From positions 1,488,001 to 1,552,000 of the forward strand of contig NW_026250406.1 of assembly GCF_024521635.1 (NCBI RefSeq): 64,000 nt of DNA, read 5' to 3'. Under the pieces are notes generated by a model. The model was given only the letters and a program-made list of their open reading frames with translations. It was not told where the DNA came from and did no database searches. Below are positions 63,601-64,000 of this stretch, in pieces; position 1 is the first letter of the stretch; each line of letters begins with the position of its first letter. A program made the translations under genes and the position numbers. Source of the stretch: Tricharina praecox. Lineage: Eukaryota.

Positions 63601-64000
63601 GGTGAATATTAGCCGCTATGGCCATGCAAGTCCAAAACCGGAGCTCGTGCTGCTAAAGGTCTCAAAATGCCGCTTCAAATCCTCAACCTACATGACGAAC
63701 CAAATGGATCCGGGCCAGAAATTATGGCCAGCGTAGTATGGTAAATATCGTCAGCTTTGAAAGCCCATTCTTGAAGAAACCACTAACATGTCGATAAGGT
63801 CCACTCTCCATCACGGTACGTACATAGCCTGAAATATCTGCAAGAAAAAACTAGTAGCTCAACCGGCTAAAAGACTGATGATTACATTTATGAGTCTAGA
63901 ACTCTTTGAAGACCCACATGAAGAAAGGCCAAGTCTTCAAGATAGGGACCGGCGAAGTGTGGTAAGTTTCCTACAGTCTGGTTACGTTTTTGCAGACATC
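60620..64000 (+). ncRNA. Putative spliced non-coding RNA: two unique leader exons then at least 14 tandem repeated exon-intron units, running off the window
   Basis: Exons 60949-61108, 61164-61324, 61384-61552, 61609-61775, 61831-61985, 62044-62228, 62285-62439, 62498-62649, 62708-62862, 62919-63072, 63132-63300, 63358-63527, 63585-63740, 63799-63961 start GTC(T/C)AC and mostly end (G)AAGTGTG-like; separated by 55-59 nt GTA..CTRAC-like..AG introns. No continuous ORF. Transcription is inferred, not shown. Confidence 0.7.

Noticed and set aside
60949..63961. Array as a repeat-protein gene or mutually exclusive coding exons
   Set aside because: Exon lengths are not phase-consistent and most units have stops. 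The same nucleotide motif is read in different frames in different units (LNLNL versus PQPEP). Some third-position-like variation (AAKGLMM) leaves a coding ancestry possible.
60949..63961. CRISPR-like array
   Set aside because: Eukaryotic context, no cas genes, and the variable segments are homologous to each other with splice signals.

Overview
Eukaryotic DNA from a filamentous ascomycete (short GT-AG introns with CTRAC branch sites; gene content suggests a Pezizomycete, which is inference only). It is a gene-sparse, repeat-rich accessory region. Recognisable content: a degenerate Ty1/Copia retrotransposon with 5' LTR and PBS, two paralogous secreted Cys-rich genes, a three-exon aegerolysin, two identical tRNA-Gln(CTG) genes, a membrane-protein pseudogene, a hAT transposase relic and two hAT-type MITEs with 8-bp TSDs, an AA14-type LPMO, a foldback element holding a LINE RNase H fragment, an SRA/YDG-like gene fragment, two HSPA12-like Hsp70 genes (one head-to-head with a GrpE-like partner), and a peroxisomal hotdog thioesterase. 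The most unusual feature is at the right end (about 60.6 kb to beyond the window edge): at least 14 tandem ~215-nt units, each a 152-185 nt exon plus a 55-59 nt canonical spliceosomal intron. The array has no continuous reading frame, but its conserved exon ends base-pair across each splice junction with apparent compensatory changes. It is a candidate spliced, polycistronic structured non-coding RNA. A second, unrelated family of near-identical repeated introns occurs at 20-24 kb and 42 kb.
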